Shown here: piece after piece, positions 20,094-30,330 of the stretch
Layout of the letters: each line of letters begins with the position of its first letter
How positions within the stretch are numbered: position 1 is the first letter of the stretch
Virus record (IMG/VR): IMGVR_UViG_3300043117_000361
Source of the DNA: an uncultured virus (IMG/VR IMGVR_UViG_3300043117_000361)
Taxonomy: Duplodnaviria > Heunggongvirae > Uroviricota > Caudoviricetes
Length of the DNA stretch: 64,000 bases
Direction: 5' to 3' (one strand)
Position numbers and translations under genes: made by a program
The notes under the pieces: generated by a model
Databases searched by the model: none
What the model was told of the DNA's origin: nothing
What the model saw: the letters and a program-made list of their open reading frames with translations, nothing else

Positions 20094-20780
20094 ATGAAAA
20101 GCAAAAAATTCACAGTTAACGGCCTTTACGACGCGTTAGCTAAAATTAATATAGCCTCTGGTGGGTTTGGAGATAAGCCCTGGCAAGGACCTGTAACTGG
20201 AGTTGCGCTACAGTCTTTAGCTCTTGGTATTCCTACATATTATGGTGCTAAATATCTTTCAAGATTTAATCCCAGATTGAATCCTAAAAGAATAGGTTTA
20301 ATGACTGGATTAGCGGCCGGCGCAGTGCCGTGGGCTGTACACTCTCCAGAACTCTTAGCTAATATTTCTGATAAAACCAGAGGAATTAACTGGAATCCAG
20401 CTCATGGCAAAAAAGTAGTAAGCGGCGCTTATTCCGGGGCAGGTGCTTTTGGTCCTTCTGAGAGTTTTGACCCTCCGTCGGTGTTCGTTCCATCAGGATA
20501 CACACAGTATCAGCTGGCGTCGGACCCACACCTATCCCCATACGAAAAGGCAAAGTCTCTGGCAATACTGGGCGATGCTTCAAATTCAAAAAGAGGTCTT
20601 ATAAGTACATCGGACATATACAGGGCAGCTGTGGGAGCAGGAACAGGTTATGCCGCCGGTAAAGCGTTCAGCGGTGTTATTGGCGGGGTATTTGGTAAAC
20701 TTACTCCGTCTGCAAATAAAAATTTAGTTAGAGCCGGCGTAGTGGCTGGTCTTCTTAGGAGTACAGGGATATGGAAGTAG
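20094..20780 (+). CDS. Gly/Ala-rich putative virion or membrane-associated protein
   Basis: Several GxxxG-rich hydrophobic segments. Confidence 0.55.
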   Translation: MKSKKFTVNGLYDALAKINIASGGFGDKPWQGPVTGVALQSLALGIPTYYGAKYLSRFNPRLNPKRIGLMTGLAAGAVPWAVHSPELLANISDKTRGINWNPAHGKKVVSGAYSGAGAFGPSESFDPPSVFVPSGYTQYQLASDPHLSPYEKAKSLAILGDASNSKRGLISTSDIYRAAVGAGTGYAAGKAFSGVIGGVFGKLTPSANKNLVRAGVVAGLLRSTGIWK

Positions 20781-21157
20781 ACACATATATGTTTAAATTA
20801 GGTATGTGCGAGTATCTTGCAGAAAATGGTATGACGCCATCTGATCTGGATTCTGTTATAGTTAAAAAAGCTATGGATCCAGCAACTATGGCGAAGATTT
20901 TTGGTAGCTTTAAGGCTATTGGCAAAGGCACCTTGGGTCTCGGTAAAGGTTTGCTTGAAGCTGGAAAATGGACCTTTATTCTTCCTACAATGGCGTCGGT
21001 GCCTGCGGGTATAATGATTGGAAGGTCCCTGGCTCCAAGCAAGGAAGATAACAAGGCTCTTATTGATGAAGTAAAAAATAACGAATATAGAGAAGCTCTT
21101 ATTAAAGCTTATAAACGTGATCGAGCAGCGAGAGCAGGCGAGAAACCTTACATATGA
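20771..21157 (+). CDS. Putative virion protein
   Basis: FKLGMCEYLAENG N-terminal motif resembling those of 34756 and 35248; KKA motif. Confidence 0.5.
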   Translation: MEVDTYMFKLGMCEYLAENGMTPSDLDSVIVKKAMDPATMAKIFGSFKAIGKGTLGLGKGLLEAGKWTFILPTMASVPAGIMIGRSLAPSKEDNKALIDEVKNNEYREALIKAYKRDRAARAGEKPYI

Positions 21158-21510
21158 TGAACCAGTTTGAACAGTTTGAAACATCTAATTTAGATGCGCC
21201 TTTCAGGCTTTTTTCCGGGGAAACTCCTCCGAATACAAAAGGCCCGGATCCGTCTATTTATTTGGCCAAAAAGTATGAAAGTTTCGCTGAGATTTTTGAT
21301 TTCAGCGTATCTGAAGATTTGATTAAATATAATAAAAGAATTCAGGAAGTTGCTGACAAGCACCTGTATATTTCATGCGAGGAGAGGCACTGGAGTGACA
21401 GATCTGACAATTATAAAGTTTTTATCAGGTTTTTAAGACCGTTTTACAGGCTAAGCGATAAACCCAATGTAACTGAAGTAATTAAATCTAAAACTAGGAC
21501 TATTAAGTGA
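21154..21510 (+). CDS. Hypothetical protein
   Basis: Translationally coupled ORF. Confidence 0.65.
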   Translation: MMNQFEQFETSNLDAPFRLFSGETPPNTKGPDPSIYLAKKYESFAEIFDFSVSEDLIKYNKRIQEVADKHLYISCEERHWSDRSDNYKVFIRFLRPFYRLSDKPNVTEVIKSKTRTIK

Positions 21511-23264
21511 GAACTGCATCACAACATACCAAGCATGCAAAGGGTATCGACGACTTTTTAGGGAGTGCTAAAAATGTAGTATCCACTATATGGGATGCTC
21601 CTAACAAGTTTGTAGATAAAGTGATAACTAAGCGTTATTTTACACCTTCTGGAGATCTGAATACAGACAATCCACCATATGGTTTTAGAAGGTTTATTCT
21701 TGGCGATGAGGCGGACAACTTCATAGGTAAAATACTTCCTGAGTATGCTGCGGATTTTGTGGTTAAAAATAAAAAGTACTTTAAAGATGTTTTAGACCCT
21801 CTTAAGCGTCGGCTTAAAGTTAAGGATTTTCCCAAGTACATTGAAAATATGGGGGATAAGACTAAGAATGACTTGCTTAAAAGGGTGTATCTGCTTCAGA
21901 AATACAGGGCCAATAAGGCTCAAGGCCAGAATATGGTTAATGTTGCTAAGACTATGGGTCTTTTAGGTTTGACTCTTGGAGGGGCTACTTATTTTTCTGA
22001 TAAAAAAATGTCGGATGAACCGTATCCAGGGGCTAAAGGTCTTAAAAAAGATCTGGATAAAGAGAGGAATAAGTACCGTAAAGAAGGTCATTTAAAGCAG
22101 GCCGATGTCAGTAAATATGAGAAATGGTGGGAGGGGCTTCCATGGAAGGACTCTGATAAAGGGTTTGATATTGGAAATGCTCCTATTTTAGGTCTGCCTG
22201 CTAATATGTATGGGCCTTTATTGGCGCTGGCAGCTATAGGCACTGGCATGGGTGGATATAAACTGGGGGACAAACTGACTGACTCAGCGTTGGCGGCGCG
22301 TAAAAAGAGAGATCGTAAGCGATTGGAAAAAGAGTTTACTGAAGTTCTTTCTAACATACCGAAAACAGCAATGGCTCAGAGATTTGACACCTTTGCTAAG
22401 TTAGCTAATGGTGAAACAGAGGGCACTCCAGAGGATAAAAATAATAATGTTACAGCATCTGCTCTTAACTTATTTTTGTTATCGGCCGGTTTGCTCGCTT
22501 TGGCTGGCGGCGGACTGGGTGCCCGGTTTGGGTACTCTACCAGTAAAGGCAATGTAAGGCATAAGGCTCTTAAGAAACAGCTTGCTTTACGTAAAAGACT
22601 GTCCAATTCAAATACAGCTTTTGATATTGACGATGATGCCAAGTCTATAAAGCTCGATGGCTCTTCTGCTGTTCTTCCTAGGAGTGTCATCTACGGAACA
22701 GACAGCGCCCGCAATAGCAAACAAATACAGCCTAAAACACTGGATATAGCTAAATTAGGTGGAATTAAAAGTGCGGGGGGAGCTTCAGGAGGTTGGGATG
22801 ACAGCGGTGTAGGTCGTAAAGTATTTAACACTTTGGGGGCACCCGGCGAGTGGTATGCAAATATTAAGAACCCGTCTGGTAACTTTTCTAATAACGTAAA
22901 AGAAGTTAAGTCCCTGTTGTCTGACCCGGAATTTGGTAAAACTTTGCGTAATTTAAAGGCACTTAATTCAGAGTTCAATGATAACGCCGATTGGGGGGCC
23001 ATATCCAACACGGTGCGTACTCTTCCTCAGAAGGTTAAAAAAATGGAAGAGATATTCAGTACTTTCGATAAGTTTAAAGGTATTGGTTCTGGTCTTTTAG
23101 ATATTGGTAAAAGTGTCTTTTCTAATTTTGGGCAATTGGGTGGCTATTTGGGGTCTGCTTTTAAGGGCAGTCTGGGTGGCATTAAAAATCAAAATGGCTA
23201 TCTCAATAAGCTTGAGCGCGATACTGTTGGAAATGTAAAGCCGCAATCTTCTGGTTATAAATAG
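21507..23264 (+). CDS. Large Gly-rich putative virion (ejection-type) protein
   Basis: Alternating Gly-rich hydrophobic and basic segments separated by KQA, KTA and KSA motifs. Confidence 0.5.
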   Translation: MRTASQHTKHAKGIDDFLGSAKNVVSTIWDAPNKFVDKVITKRYFTPSGDLNTDNPPYGFRRFILGDEADNFIGKILPEYAADFVVKNKKYFKDVLDPLKRRLKVKDFPKYIENMGDKTKNDLLKRVYLLQKYRANKAQGQNMVNVAKTMGLLGLTLGGATYFSDKKMSDEPYPGAKGLKKDLDKERNKYRKEGHLKQADVSKYEKWWEGLPWKDSDKGFDIGNAPILGLPANMYGPLLALAAIGTGMGGYKLGDKLTDSALAARKKRDRKRLEKEFTEVLSNIPKTAMAQRFDTFAKLANGETEGTPEDKNNNVTASALNLFLLSAGLLALAGGGLGARFGYSTSKGNVRHKALKKQLALRKRLSNSNTAFDIDDDAKSIKLDGSSAVLPRSVIYGTDSARNSKQIQPKTLDIAKLGGIKSAGGASGGWDDSGVGRKVFNTLGAPGEWYANIKNPSGNFSNNVKEVKSLLSDPEFGKTLRNLKALNSEFNDNADWGAISNTVRTLPQKVKKMEEIFSTFDKFKGIGSGLLDIGKSVFSNFGQLGGYLGSAFKGSLGGIKNQNGYLNKLERDTVGNVKPQSSGYK

Positions 23265-23272
23265 GGGGCAGT

Positions 23273-26200
23273 ATGCGTGGTGGAGTTAACTTACCAGTCG
23301 GTGTCAGGGATTTTCTGGATTTTGACACTACTAGAAAGGCCGTGTATGGTGGCACTCTACAGGCATTGAAGGAGAGGTTTCCTCTTGAGAATTCCAAATA
23401 CAGGCTGGAGCTTAATGATTTAGAGTATGGTAATACTCGTGATTTTTCTTTAAAGGAGCAGAAGAAGGCACTGTTTAACAGGTCTTCTCTTCACAGGCCT
23501 CTTAAAGGGACCTGGACCCTGGTGGATAAGGCTACCAATAAACCTATAGACCAGAAAAGAACCACAGTTATAAACGTCCCATATCTTACCCAGAGAGGCA
23601 CTTACATAGTAGGAGGCAATGAGTATACCATAGCCAATCAGATGCGACTTCGTTCTGGTATATTCACTCGTAAGAAAAATAACGGGGATATAGAGGCTCA
23701 TTTCAATATCCTGTCAGGCGGACCGTCCTTTAGAATGTTTATGGAGCCTTCAAGCGGTGTATTTAAACTAAAAGTGGGTCAGGCGAATTTAAAAGCTTAC
23801 CCGATACTTAAAGCGATGGGTATTAAAGACAGGGATATGGAGAAACACTGGGGTCCTGAGCTTTTAAGGGTAAATCTTGTTGAGAATGAGGATGTAAAAA
23901 CTCTAAATAAAGCGTGGAACAAATTTACTCAGTCCAGAGCTAAGAAGTCTGTTGGGGAGGACGTTACGGATAAGGACTGGTTGGAAGTTTTTTCTAAGCT
24001 TAAACTGGATCCTGAGGTTGTCGGGGTAACTCTCGGCAGTCCGTATACTAATGTGACTCCTGAAGTTCTTCTCAAGACGTCTGAAAAACTTGTCAATATA
24101 TCCAAAGGTAAAGCAGACACCGATGATAGGGACTCTCTGGCTTTTCAGGAGACATGGGGACCAGAGGATTTTTTTGCAGAGAGAATATCTAAAGACAGTG
24201 GCATGCTTGCCCGGAAGTTGCTGTGGAAGGCTACTCTGAATAAAAGTTTGAAAAAAATCTCTCCCAGCGCTCTGGATTCTCATGTTGACAGTGTGTTTTA
24301 TCTTTCCGGAGTTGCCTCTCCACTGGAAGAGATTAATCCTATGGATGCCATTGATCAAAACCTTAGGATAACCAGAATGGGAGTCGGAGGCCTGCCCAGT
24401 GCTGAAGCGGTTCCTGATGAGGCCAGAGCTTTGCAGCCGTCGCATTTTGGGTTTATAGACCCTATAAGGTCTCCTGAGTCCTCTAATCCCGGGGTAGATG
24501 GGCGTATCGCCTGGAACACGTATAAAGGCGTAGATCGTGAGCTTTACACCAGGTTGAAAGACTCTAAAAGCGGAAAGAGCATTTATTTGCCGCCCCAGGT
24601 AGTCTCCCGCATGCCTATTGCTTTTCCGGGCGAACACGAAAAGGCAGCTAAAACTGGCAAAAAAGTAAAATGCATAAGTAATGGTCAAATGAAGATGATG
24701 GATCCGGAAAAAGTACCATACGAGCTGTACAGTGCCTCTGGACAATTCAATCTTAATTCAAACCTTGTTCCCATGCTTTCAGCTATTGAAGGCGGTCGAC
24801 TGCTTATGGGGAGTAAATACATTAATCAGGCTCTTTCTGTTAAAAACAGAGAAGCACCACTGGTGAGACCTGTTGACGAAGATGGGGTTGATTTCTTTAA
24901 TTTTTCTGGAAAATACGCAGGAGTGGTTAGGTCGGATACTGAAGGGGTTGTCAGGTCGGTAACTGACGATGAAGTGGTCATACAGACTTCTGATGGTAAA
25001 ACTAAAACCATTGAGCTGTACAATAACATGCCGTACAACAGAAAATCCTATATAAGTAATGAGCCTTTAGTTCAGCCGGGGGATGTTCTTAAGCCGGGGC
25101 AGATTATTGCATCGAGTAACTATACGGACAAGTCTGGTGATCTTGCTCTTGGAGCTCATGTTCGTGCCGGGTATTTGCCTTATAAAGGCTATTCATACGA
25201 AGATGGTATAGTCATATCGGAGGGACTTGCTAAGAAATTTGCTTCTGAGCACATGTACACAGATAAACTGGACAGGGATAAGTTTACTACTCAAAGCAAG
25301 CTTAAGCATATGTCTGTTTTCCCCAGTGTCTATTCAAAAAAGCAGCTGGATAAAATAGATAAATCAGGAGTTGTTGCGCCTGGTTCCGTAGTTGAGAAAG
25401 GTGATCCTCTCATTCTGGCTGTGAAGCAGAAGACGTCCAAAGGATCTGGCATGCTGTATAGGGGTAAGAGTAGAGATTTCTCTGATTCTTCAGTGGAATG
25501 GGAACACGACACTCCCGGCATTGTCACTGATACCTGGAATGATGATGGCGGCACTAAAATCTCTGTTAAGACATATATGCCGGTTCAGGTTGGTGATAAG
25601 TTTAGTGGATTTTTTGGCAATAAAGGTACCGTGAGTAAAATAATACCGGATGATCAGATGCCTAAGGATGAGTCCGGTGAAACATTGGAGATGCTCCTTA
25701 ATCCTCTTGGTGTGATATCAAGGCACAATCCTGCCCAGCTGTATGAAGCTGTTTTGGCTAAAATAGCTCGAAAAAGAGGCAAGCCCTATTATGTACGCGG
25801 CTTTAATGACGACAGTCTCATAGACTTTGTTAAGAGTGAAATGAGTAAGCACGGTGTTAAAGATAAAGAAACGATATATGATCCGGCTACAGATAAGAAT
25901 ATTAAAGATGTTTTTGTTGGGTTTCCTTATATGCTCAAACTTCAACATACTTCAGAATCGAAAGAGTCTGGAAGGGCGTTTGGTTCTTACACATCAGAAG
26001 GGTCTCCATCTAAAGGGATAGACGAGGATAATCCAAAAAGAATTGGTATGCTTGAGATGGAGGCCCTGCTCGCTCACGGGGCTGTTAAAAACATTAAAGA
26101 TATACGCAACATAAAAGGACAGCAGAATCAGGATTATTGGAATGCTGTAATGCTGGGCATAAATCCTCCTCCCCCCAAGGTACCGGGAACGTATAAAAAG

Positions 26201-27685
26201 TTTATAGCAACTCTTCAGGCTTCCGGAATAAATGTAAAGGGAGAAGGTAATAATCTTCACTTGGCTGCCATGACAGATAGAGATGTGGAGGCTATAAGCA
26301 GCGGAGAAATAAAGAGTCCTGAAACAGTAAAGTGGAAGCAGAATTACGCTAAAGGCCTTATGGGTGAGCAGTCCATGGAGCCGGTAAAAGGCGGTCTATT
26401 TGACAGGGGCATTACCGGGGGCCACGGAGGAAACAGGTTTGGGCACATAACTTTGAGTGTGCCTATGCCCCAGCCGGTATTTGAAGACCCTATACGGTAC
26501 CTTCTGGGACTGACTCAAAAGCAGTATAGAAATGTTATTGCCGAGAAGGAGTCTATTCCTGATGTCGGCACTGGATCTGCTGCGATTAAAAAAGCTTTGT
26601 CACATATAGATATTGATAAAATGTATAGGGCGCAGGAGCATCTGTTTAATACAACCAGCAGTAAAACTGCCAAAAATCTTGCAGCTAAAAAAATGAAATA
26701 TCTAGATGGTTTAAGGAGAATGGGCGTACAGCCGGAAGACTTGGTTGTATCTAAAGTGGCTGTTCTTCCTCCTGTATACAGACCTATTACAGCTACTAAC
26801 AAGTTTGAGATGGTAGCTGGTTCGAATCTTCTGTATAAAGATTTAATGCATGCCAATCAGAACTACTCTGAGATGAAGGATAAGCTGACTCCGGATATGA
26901 GAGGAGAAGCTGCTCTTAATGTATATGATAACTTTAAAGCTGTGACAGGGCTCGGAACCCCGGTTAAAAAAGAAAGAAAAGCGCAAGGTATTAAAGGTCT
27001 TTTAAAAGAAGTGTTCGGAGCGTCTCCCAAGTCCGGTACGTTTCAACGTACACTTATATCGACTACTACGGATTTATCCGGTAGAGCTGTGATCTCCCCT
27101 GATCCTAATCTCGACATAGACGAGGTTGGGCTTCCGGAGGAAAAAGCGTGGGAGCTGTACAAGCCTTTTGTTATACGGCGTCTTATTCGTGATATAGGCA
27201 GTAAAGGATCTAAAGCCGATGCAATCAGAATGTATATGAATAAAACCCCTGAGGCCGAGAGGGCTCTTTTAAAAGAAATGGAACATAGGCCTTTACTGTA
27301 TTCCAGGGCTCCAGCTCTTCATAAGTACAGCATATTGGCCGCCAAGCCCGTATTGACTCGCGGTCACTCATTCAAGGTCCCCCCGCAGATATGCAAAGGC
27401 ATGAACGCCGATTTTGATGGGGATACCATGAATTTTCATGTTACAGTGTCTGATGAGGCTATTGAGGAAGCAAAGGAAAAAATGCTTCCATCTAAGAACA
27501 TACGTAAAATGTCTGATTTTCAAGTACAATACGCTCCAAGTCACGAATTTCTCATAGGTCTTCACAGGGCCACGCATAAAGAAGATTTAACTAAGAAACC
27601 TATAGTGTTTGATACAGTTCAGCAAGCCGTTAATGCGTATAACAGAGGCGAAGTTGAAGTAGACCAGCCTGTTATAATTAAATGA
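23273..27685 (+). CDS. DNA-directed RNA polymerase: beta subunit fused to the N-terminal half of beta'
   Basis: beta motifs PYLT.RGTYIVGGNE, HFGFIDP..SPES, RLLMGS, YEDGIVISE, GDK..G..GNKG, LNPLG..SR.N, YMLKL.H; beta' motifs GGLFD, VLPP.YRP, SGRAVI.PD, RAPALHK, NADFDGD. Confidence 0.93.
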   Translation: MRGGVNLPVGVRDFLDFDTTRKAVYGGTLQALKERFPLENSKYRLELNDLEYGNTRDFSLKEQKKALFNRSSLHRPLKGTWTLVDKATNKPIDQKRTTVINVPYLTQRGTYIVGGNEYTIANQMRLRSGIFTRKKNNGDIEAHFNILSGGPSFRMFMEPSSGVFKLKVGQANLKAYPILKAMGIKDRDMEKHWGPELLRVNLVENEDVKTLNKAWNKFTQSRAKKSVGEDVTDKDWLEVFSKLKLDPEVVGVTLGSPYTNVTPEVLLKTSEKLVNISKGKADTDDRDSLAFQETWGPEDFFAERISKDSGMLARKLLWKATLNKSLKKISPSALDSHVDSVFYLSGVASPLEEINPMDAIDQNLRITRMGVGGLPSAEAVPDEARALQPSHFGFIDPIRSPESSNPGVDGRIAWNTYKGVDRELYTRLKDSKSGKSIYLPPQVVSRMPIAFPGEHEKAAKTGKKVKCISNGQMKMMDPEKVPYELYSASGQFNLNSNLVPMLSAIEGGRLLMGSKYINQALSVKNREAPLVRPVDEDGVDFFNFSGKYAGVVRSDTEGVVRSVTDDEVVIQTSDGKTKTIELYNNMPYNRKSYISNEPLVQPGDVLKPGQIIASSNYTDKSGDLALGAHVRAGYLPYKGYSYEDGIVISEGLAKKFASEHMYTDKLDRDKFTTQSKLKHMSVFPSVYSKKQLDKIDKSGVVAPGSVVEKGDPLILAVKQKTSKGSGMLYRGKSRDFSDSSVEWEHDTPGIVTDTWNDDGGTKISVKTYMPVQVGDKFSGFFGNKGTVSKIIPDDQMPKDESGETLEMLLNPLGVISRHNPAQLYEAVLAKIARKRGKPYYVRGFNDDSLIDFVKSEMSKHGVKDKETIYDPATDKNIKDVFVGFPYMLKLQHTSESKESGRAFGSYTSEGSPSKGIDEDNPKRIGMLEMEALLAHGAVKNIKDIRNIKGQQNQDYWNAVMLGINPPPPKVPGTYKKFIATLQASGINVKGEGNNLHLAAMTDRDVEAISSGEIKSPETVKWKQNYAKGLMGEQSMEPVKGGLFDRGITGGHGGNRFGHITLSVPMPQPVFEDPIRYLLGLTQKQYRNVIAEKESIPDVGTGSAAIKKALSHIDIDKMYRAQEHLFNTTSSKTAKNLAAKKMKYLDGLRRMGVQPEDLVVSKVAVLPPVYRPITATNKFEMVAGSNLLYKDLMHANQNYSEMKDKLTPDMRGEAALNVYDNFKAVTGLGTPVKKERKAQGIKGLLKEVFGASPKSGTFQRTLISTTTDLSGRAVISPDPNLDIDEVGLPEEKAWELYKPFVIRRLIRDIGSKGSKADAIRMYMNKTPEAERALLKEMEHRPLLYSRAPALHKYSILAAKPVLTRGHSFKVPPQICKGMNADFDGDTMNFHVTVSDEAIEEAKEKMLPSKNIRKMSDFQVQYAPSHEFLIGLHRATHKEDLTKKPIVFDTVQQAVNAYNRGEVEVDQPVIIK

Positions 27686-29079
27686 CAAACAAAGATAAAG
27701 CTTATGGTTGCCACTTTTCAGATGCAGCAGTGTATGTAAAGCCTGCTGATCTTGTCGGGCACTATTTTAATAACAGTAAGTGGAGCCAGTATTGGTGGGG
27801 GGATGAGGATCATTGGAAACTGCGTGAGTGTGTGTCCGACGTTCCTGCATATAGGAAGTTTATAATTGATCTAGCTGATTTTCCCAGAGCAAAAGATGAT
27901 TGTAGAGTTTTAAGAAATGTAGAGGCATATAGTGCCTGTCCTGAGTTGTATGTCGGTTCATACTCCGGGGCTTCTGGTTTAAGCCTTCATAAAGTGTCTT
28001 ATTTCAGAAGGTATTCTGAGCAGAATGTTTTTCTGGTGAATCTGTCTACCGGTCACCAAATACTTACAACAGACAATAGTAAAGCTGTTTATGGGTTTAA
28101 CTCTGATGCGGCCAATTTCTGTACTGTGTCTCCAGACAAGGCAGTTGGTCTTTATGTTCCTATAGTTGGACATGTAGCAGAGCCGGTTAATACTCATATT
28201 TACTGTGATATGCTGTATGTAGGAACTAATCTTGATTTGGATTCTGAGCTTGGATATATCTTTGGGTTTCTTTCAGGGTATGTCGATAATAACATAGACT
28301 CAACTAAAATAAACACCAGTATCCTTAATTATAAATGTGAAACCTATCTCAAACGACGCGGCATATCTGTTTCTGAAGGAGAGTTTATACGTTGGATTCT
28401 GGATAAGATTAAAAGTTCTTTTGCTAAAAGAAGTATACCCAGCATTGCCGTAACGGCCGGTTCAGACTTTAAGTGGGGATTCGTTTCAGGAATGATGGAT
28501 TCTCATAAGCTGAATACAGATAATTTTATTATGTTTACCCGTCACTTTAGATTCGCCAGATCTTTTCGTACTTTTCTGGACCACCTTGGTATTAAAAACA
28601 ATATGTTTTACGTTGAGGCCGGGTCCAGACGGTCAGGATGGCGTATAGCAATAAATAAGTGCGACATATGTGTTAATAAAGGTTTTTTACAGTCTGACTA
28701 TGCTTTCGGGTCCTGTAGTTATGCAAACACAGCTGTTAAACACGACAGCGTTCCGCTGCCTTTTGAAGTTCTTGAAGCTGCAACGGGGTCCATGCATGAA
28801 AAGGGTTACAGTGATCTTTATCGTATTGTTCTTTTAAACAGCTATAGCGGTCTCATTAACAGGGACTCTGCTGTTAAAATTATAAAGCACATAAATAAGC
28901 ACAAAGGTATTGTCTTATCGTGGTGGAAAGATATAGTTATGAATGATAGGATTTTTTGGTCTGAAGTATATTCTGTTGAGAGTTCGGGTAAAACGGAGTG
29001 TGGATATGGTTTATCTGTGGAGGGGGCTGATACTTTCATATCTTCTGATGGATTTGCTGTTCCCAGTGTAAAAATTTAG
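27682..29079 (+). CDS. Free-standing intein-like protein (Hint halves plus LAGLIDADG-like core), splicing motifs degenerate
   Basis: N-terminal GCHFSDAAVYV, block-B-like LSTGHQILTTDNS, LGYIFGF and FVSGMMDS helices, C-terminal VYSVESSG...GYGLSVEGADTF without terminal HN. Confidence 0.65.
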   Translation: MTNKDKAYGCHFSDAAVYVKPADLVGHYFNNSKWSQYWWGDEDHWKLRECVSDVPAYRKFIIDLADFPRAKDDCRVLRNVEAYSACPELYVGSYSGASGLSLHKVSYFRRYSEQNVFLVNLSTGHQILTTDNSKAVYGFNSDAANFCTVSPDKAVGLYVPIVGHVAEPVNTHIYCDMLYVGTNLDLDSELGYIFGFLSGYVDNNIDSTKINTSILNYKCETYLKRRGISVSEGEFIRWILDKIKSSFAKRSIPSIAVTAGSDFKWGFVSGMMDSHKLNTDNFIMFTRHFRFARSFRTFLDHLGIKNNMFYVEAGSRRSGWRIAINKCDICVNKGFLQSDYAFGSCSYANTAVKHDSVPLPFEVLEAATGSMHEKGYSDLYRIVLLNSYSGLINRDSAVKIIKHINKHKGIVLSWWKDIVMNDRIFWSEVYSVESSGKTECGYGLSVEGADTFISSDGFAVPSVKI

Positions 29080-29087
29080 AGGGCATC

Positions 29088-29372
29088 ATGAGTATTATTG
29101 CGGAATGTGGCAAAGTGTATTCTCCGTTTCCGCCGGAGATATTTATTTTTAAAATATATCGTGTGATAAATCTTAAAAGCGTTTGCGATATAGAGTATGA
29201 TAAACATGCCAGTGTGTTCTTAACAGATTATAATTCCTCTCTTACTGGTCATTTGGAAGACAGGAGTGGGGCTGAGATTCTGTTGGTTCCTGTGTATAAT
29301 GACAGTGCGCAGTTTTCCGGGTTTAAACTGGTTCATAAAGATGATTTTACTACAAAGGGGATGCATTTATGA
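29088..29372 (+). CDS. Hypothetical protein
   Basis: Operon-like ORF. Confidence 0.55.
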   Translation: MSIIAECGKVYSPFPPEIFIFKIYRVINLKSVCDIEYDKHASVFLTDYNSSLTGHLEDRSGAEILLVPVYNDSAQFSGFKLVHKDDFTTKGMHL

Positions 29373-29701
29373 GCAGTAGATTTTCTCAAGTTATTGATAC
29401 AGTGGACCTGTCTAAACTGCCTGATCGCAGGTCCGTCAGGAATAAAAGTACAGACCAGCTCTTTTCCATGCTTAACCGGGCCGTATGGGATCAGTTTGAT
29501 CTTCCGGAAAATAAGAAGAATATACGTGCGTCCGATTTTGCATGGACTGAAGAAGTTGAAGAAGTATTTATGAATACTGCACCTATAAAAGCTATTTTAA
29601 AGCGTTTAACTGAAAAAATAGGTGAAGCTTCGGTCAGGTTGTTTTTACTGCATTATCTTCCTGTCACTTTAAGAGCAGGCTATGAAGACGCACACATTTA
29701 A
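29369..29701 (+). CDS. Hypothetical protein
   Basis: Coupled ORF. Confidence 0.6.
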   Translation: MSSRFSQVIDTVDLSKLPDRRSVRNKSTDQLFSMLNRAVWDQFDLPENKKNIRASDFAWTEEVEEVFMNTAPIKAILKRLTEKIGEASVRLFLLHYLPVTLRAGYEDAHI

Positions 29702-29957
29702 TGGGGTTAAGTATAATATATGTTTTGTGGAGCCCATAGAAGGGCTCACTGACGATAGAACAAGCGATGAGCCTGTAAACATGCTGGTTCTTAAAGGTAA
29801 TTCTATAAAAGCTCTTCATTCTCAGCTACATGAAGCGTTACACGGTATAGGGGTGCCTGATACGTTCATTCATAATAAAAACGGGGACTATACCACATAC
29901 GATGTAGCTCGTTTTTTGTGGAGAAATGGGTGGCGATGTGTCAAGCCTCCTGATTAA
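29682..29957 (+). CDS. Small HExxH metallopeptidase-like protein
   Basis: LHEALHG motif. Confidence 0.55.
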   Translation: MKTHTFNGVKYNICFVEPIEGLTDDRTSDEPVNMLVLKGNSIKALHSQLHEALHGIGVPDTFIHNKNGDYTTYDVARFLWRNGWRCVKPPD

Positions 29958-30055
29958 TTATGCCGCAGTTAAGTGGAATAATAATGTGCTGATTTAAGAG
30001 CGAAAGAATTATAATTGAGGTTAAATCAGGTGTGTTGGAGTGGAATAATAATATG

Positions 30056-30214
30056 CGCCCCTATATCCATGAGGACAATACACACAGGCGCTTTGACGGG
30101 CAGGGGAGTGAGGCATCCACTATGGAATTCTCTCCTGCCCGTTTGTTTTACAGTGCACCCTGTAGACACTAAGAAGCAGCTGAATAGATTCGCCTGCTAG
30201 GCTGCTTCTTTTTA
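30056..30214 (+). ncRNA. Candidate structured small RNA
   Basis: Follows two copies of the promoter motif; long stem ACGGGCAGGGGA...TCTCCTGCCCGT; terminator-like AAGAAGCAGC...GCTGCTTCTTTT. Confidence 0.35.
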
Positions 30215-30249
30215 GCTATTGGCTTGACCTTGGTTTTATGAATGATACA

Positions 30250-30330
30250 GTCAACTGCTCACTAGACAAGCTGGTGAGCTTGTCCCTACAGGAGATCCTG
30301 TGAGACATTTGGCTGATTGACAGCAGCCTG
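30250..30330 (-). ncRNA. Putative TnpB omega-RNA 3' scaffold / IS200-605 right end
   Basis: Minus strand GACAAGCTCACCAGCTTGTC hairpin...GCAGTTGAC overlapping the tnpB 3' end. Confidence 0.6.

Noticed and set aside
23903..24745. 280-aa minus-strand ORF
   Set aside because: Antisense shadow of the RNAP gene.
23273..27685. Bacterial chromosomal rpoBC locus
   Set aside because: No ribosomal protein, nusG or secE neighbours, a reduced and re-split architecture, and phage-type context.
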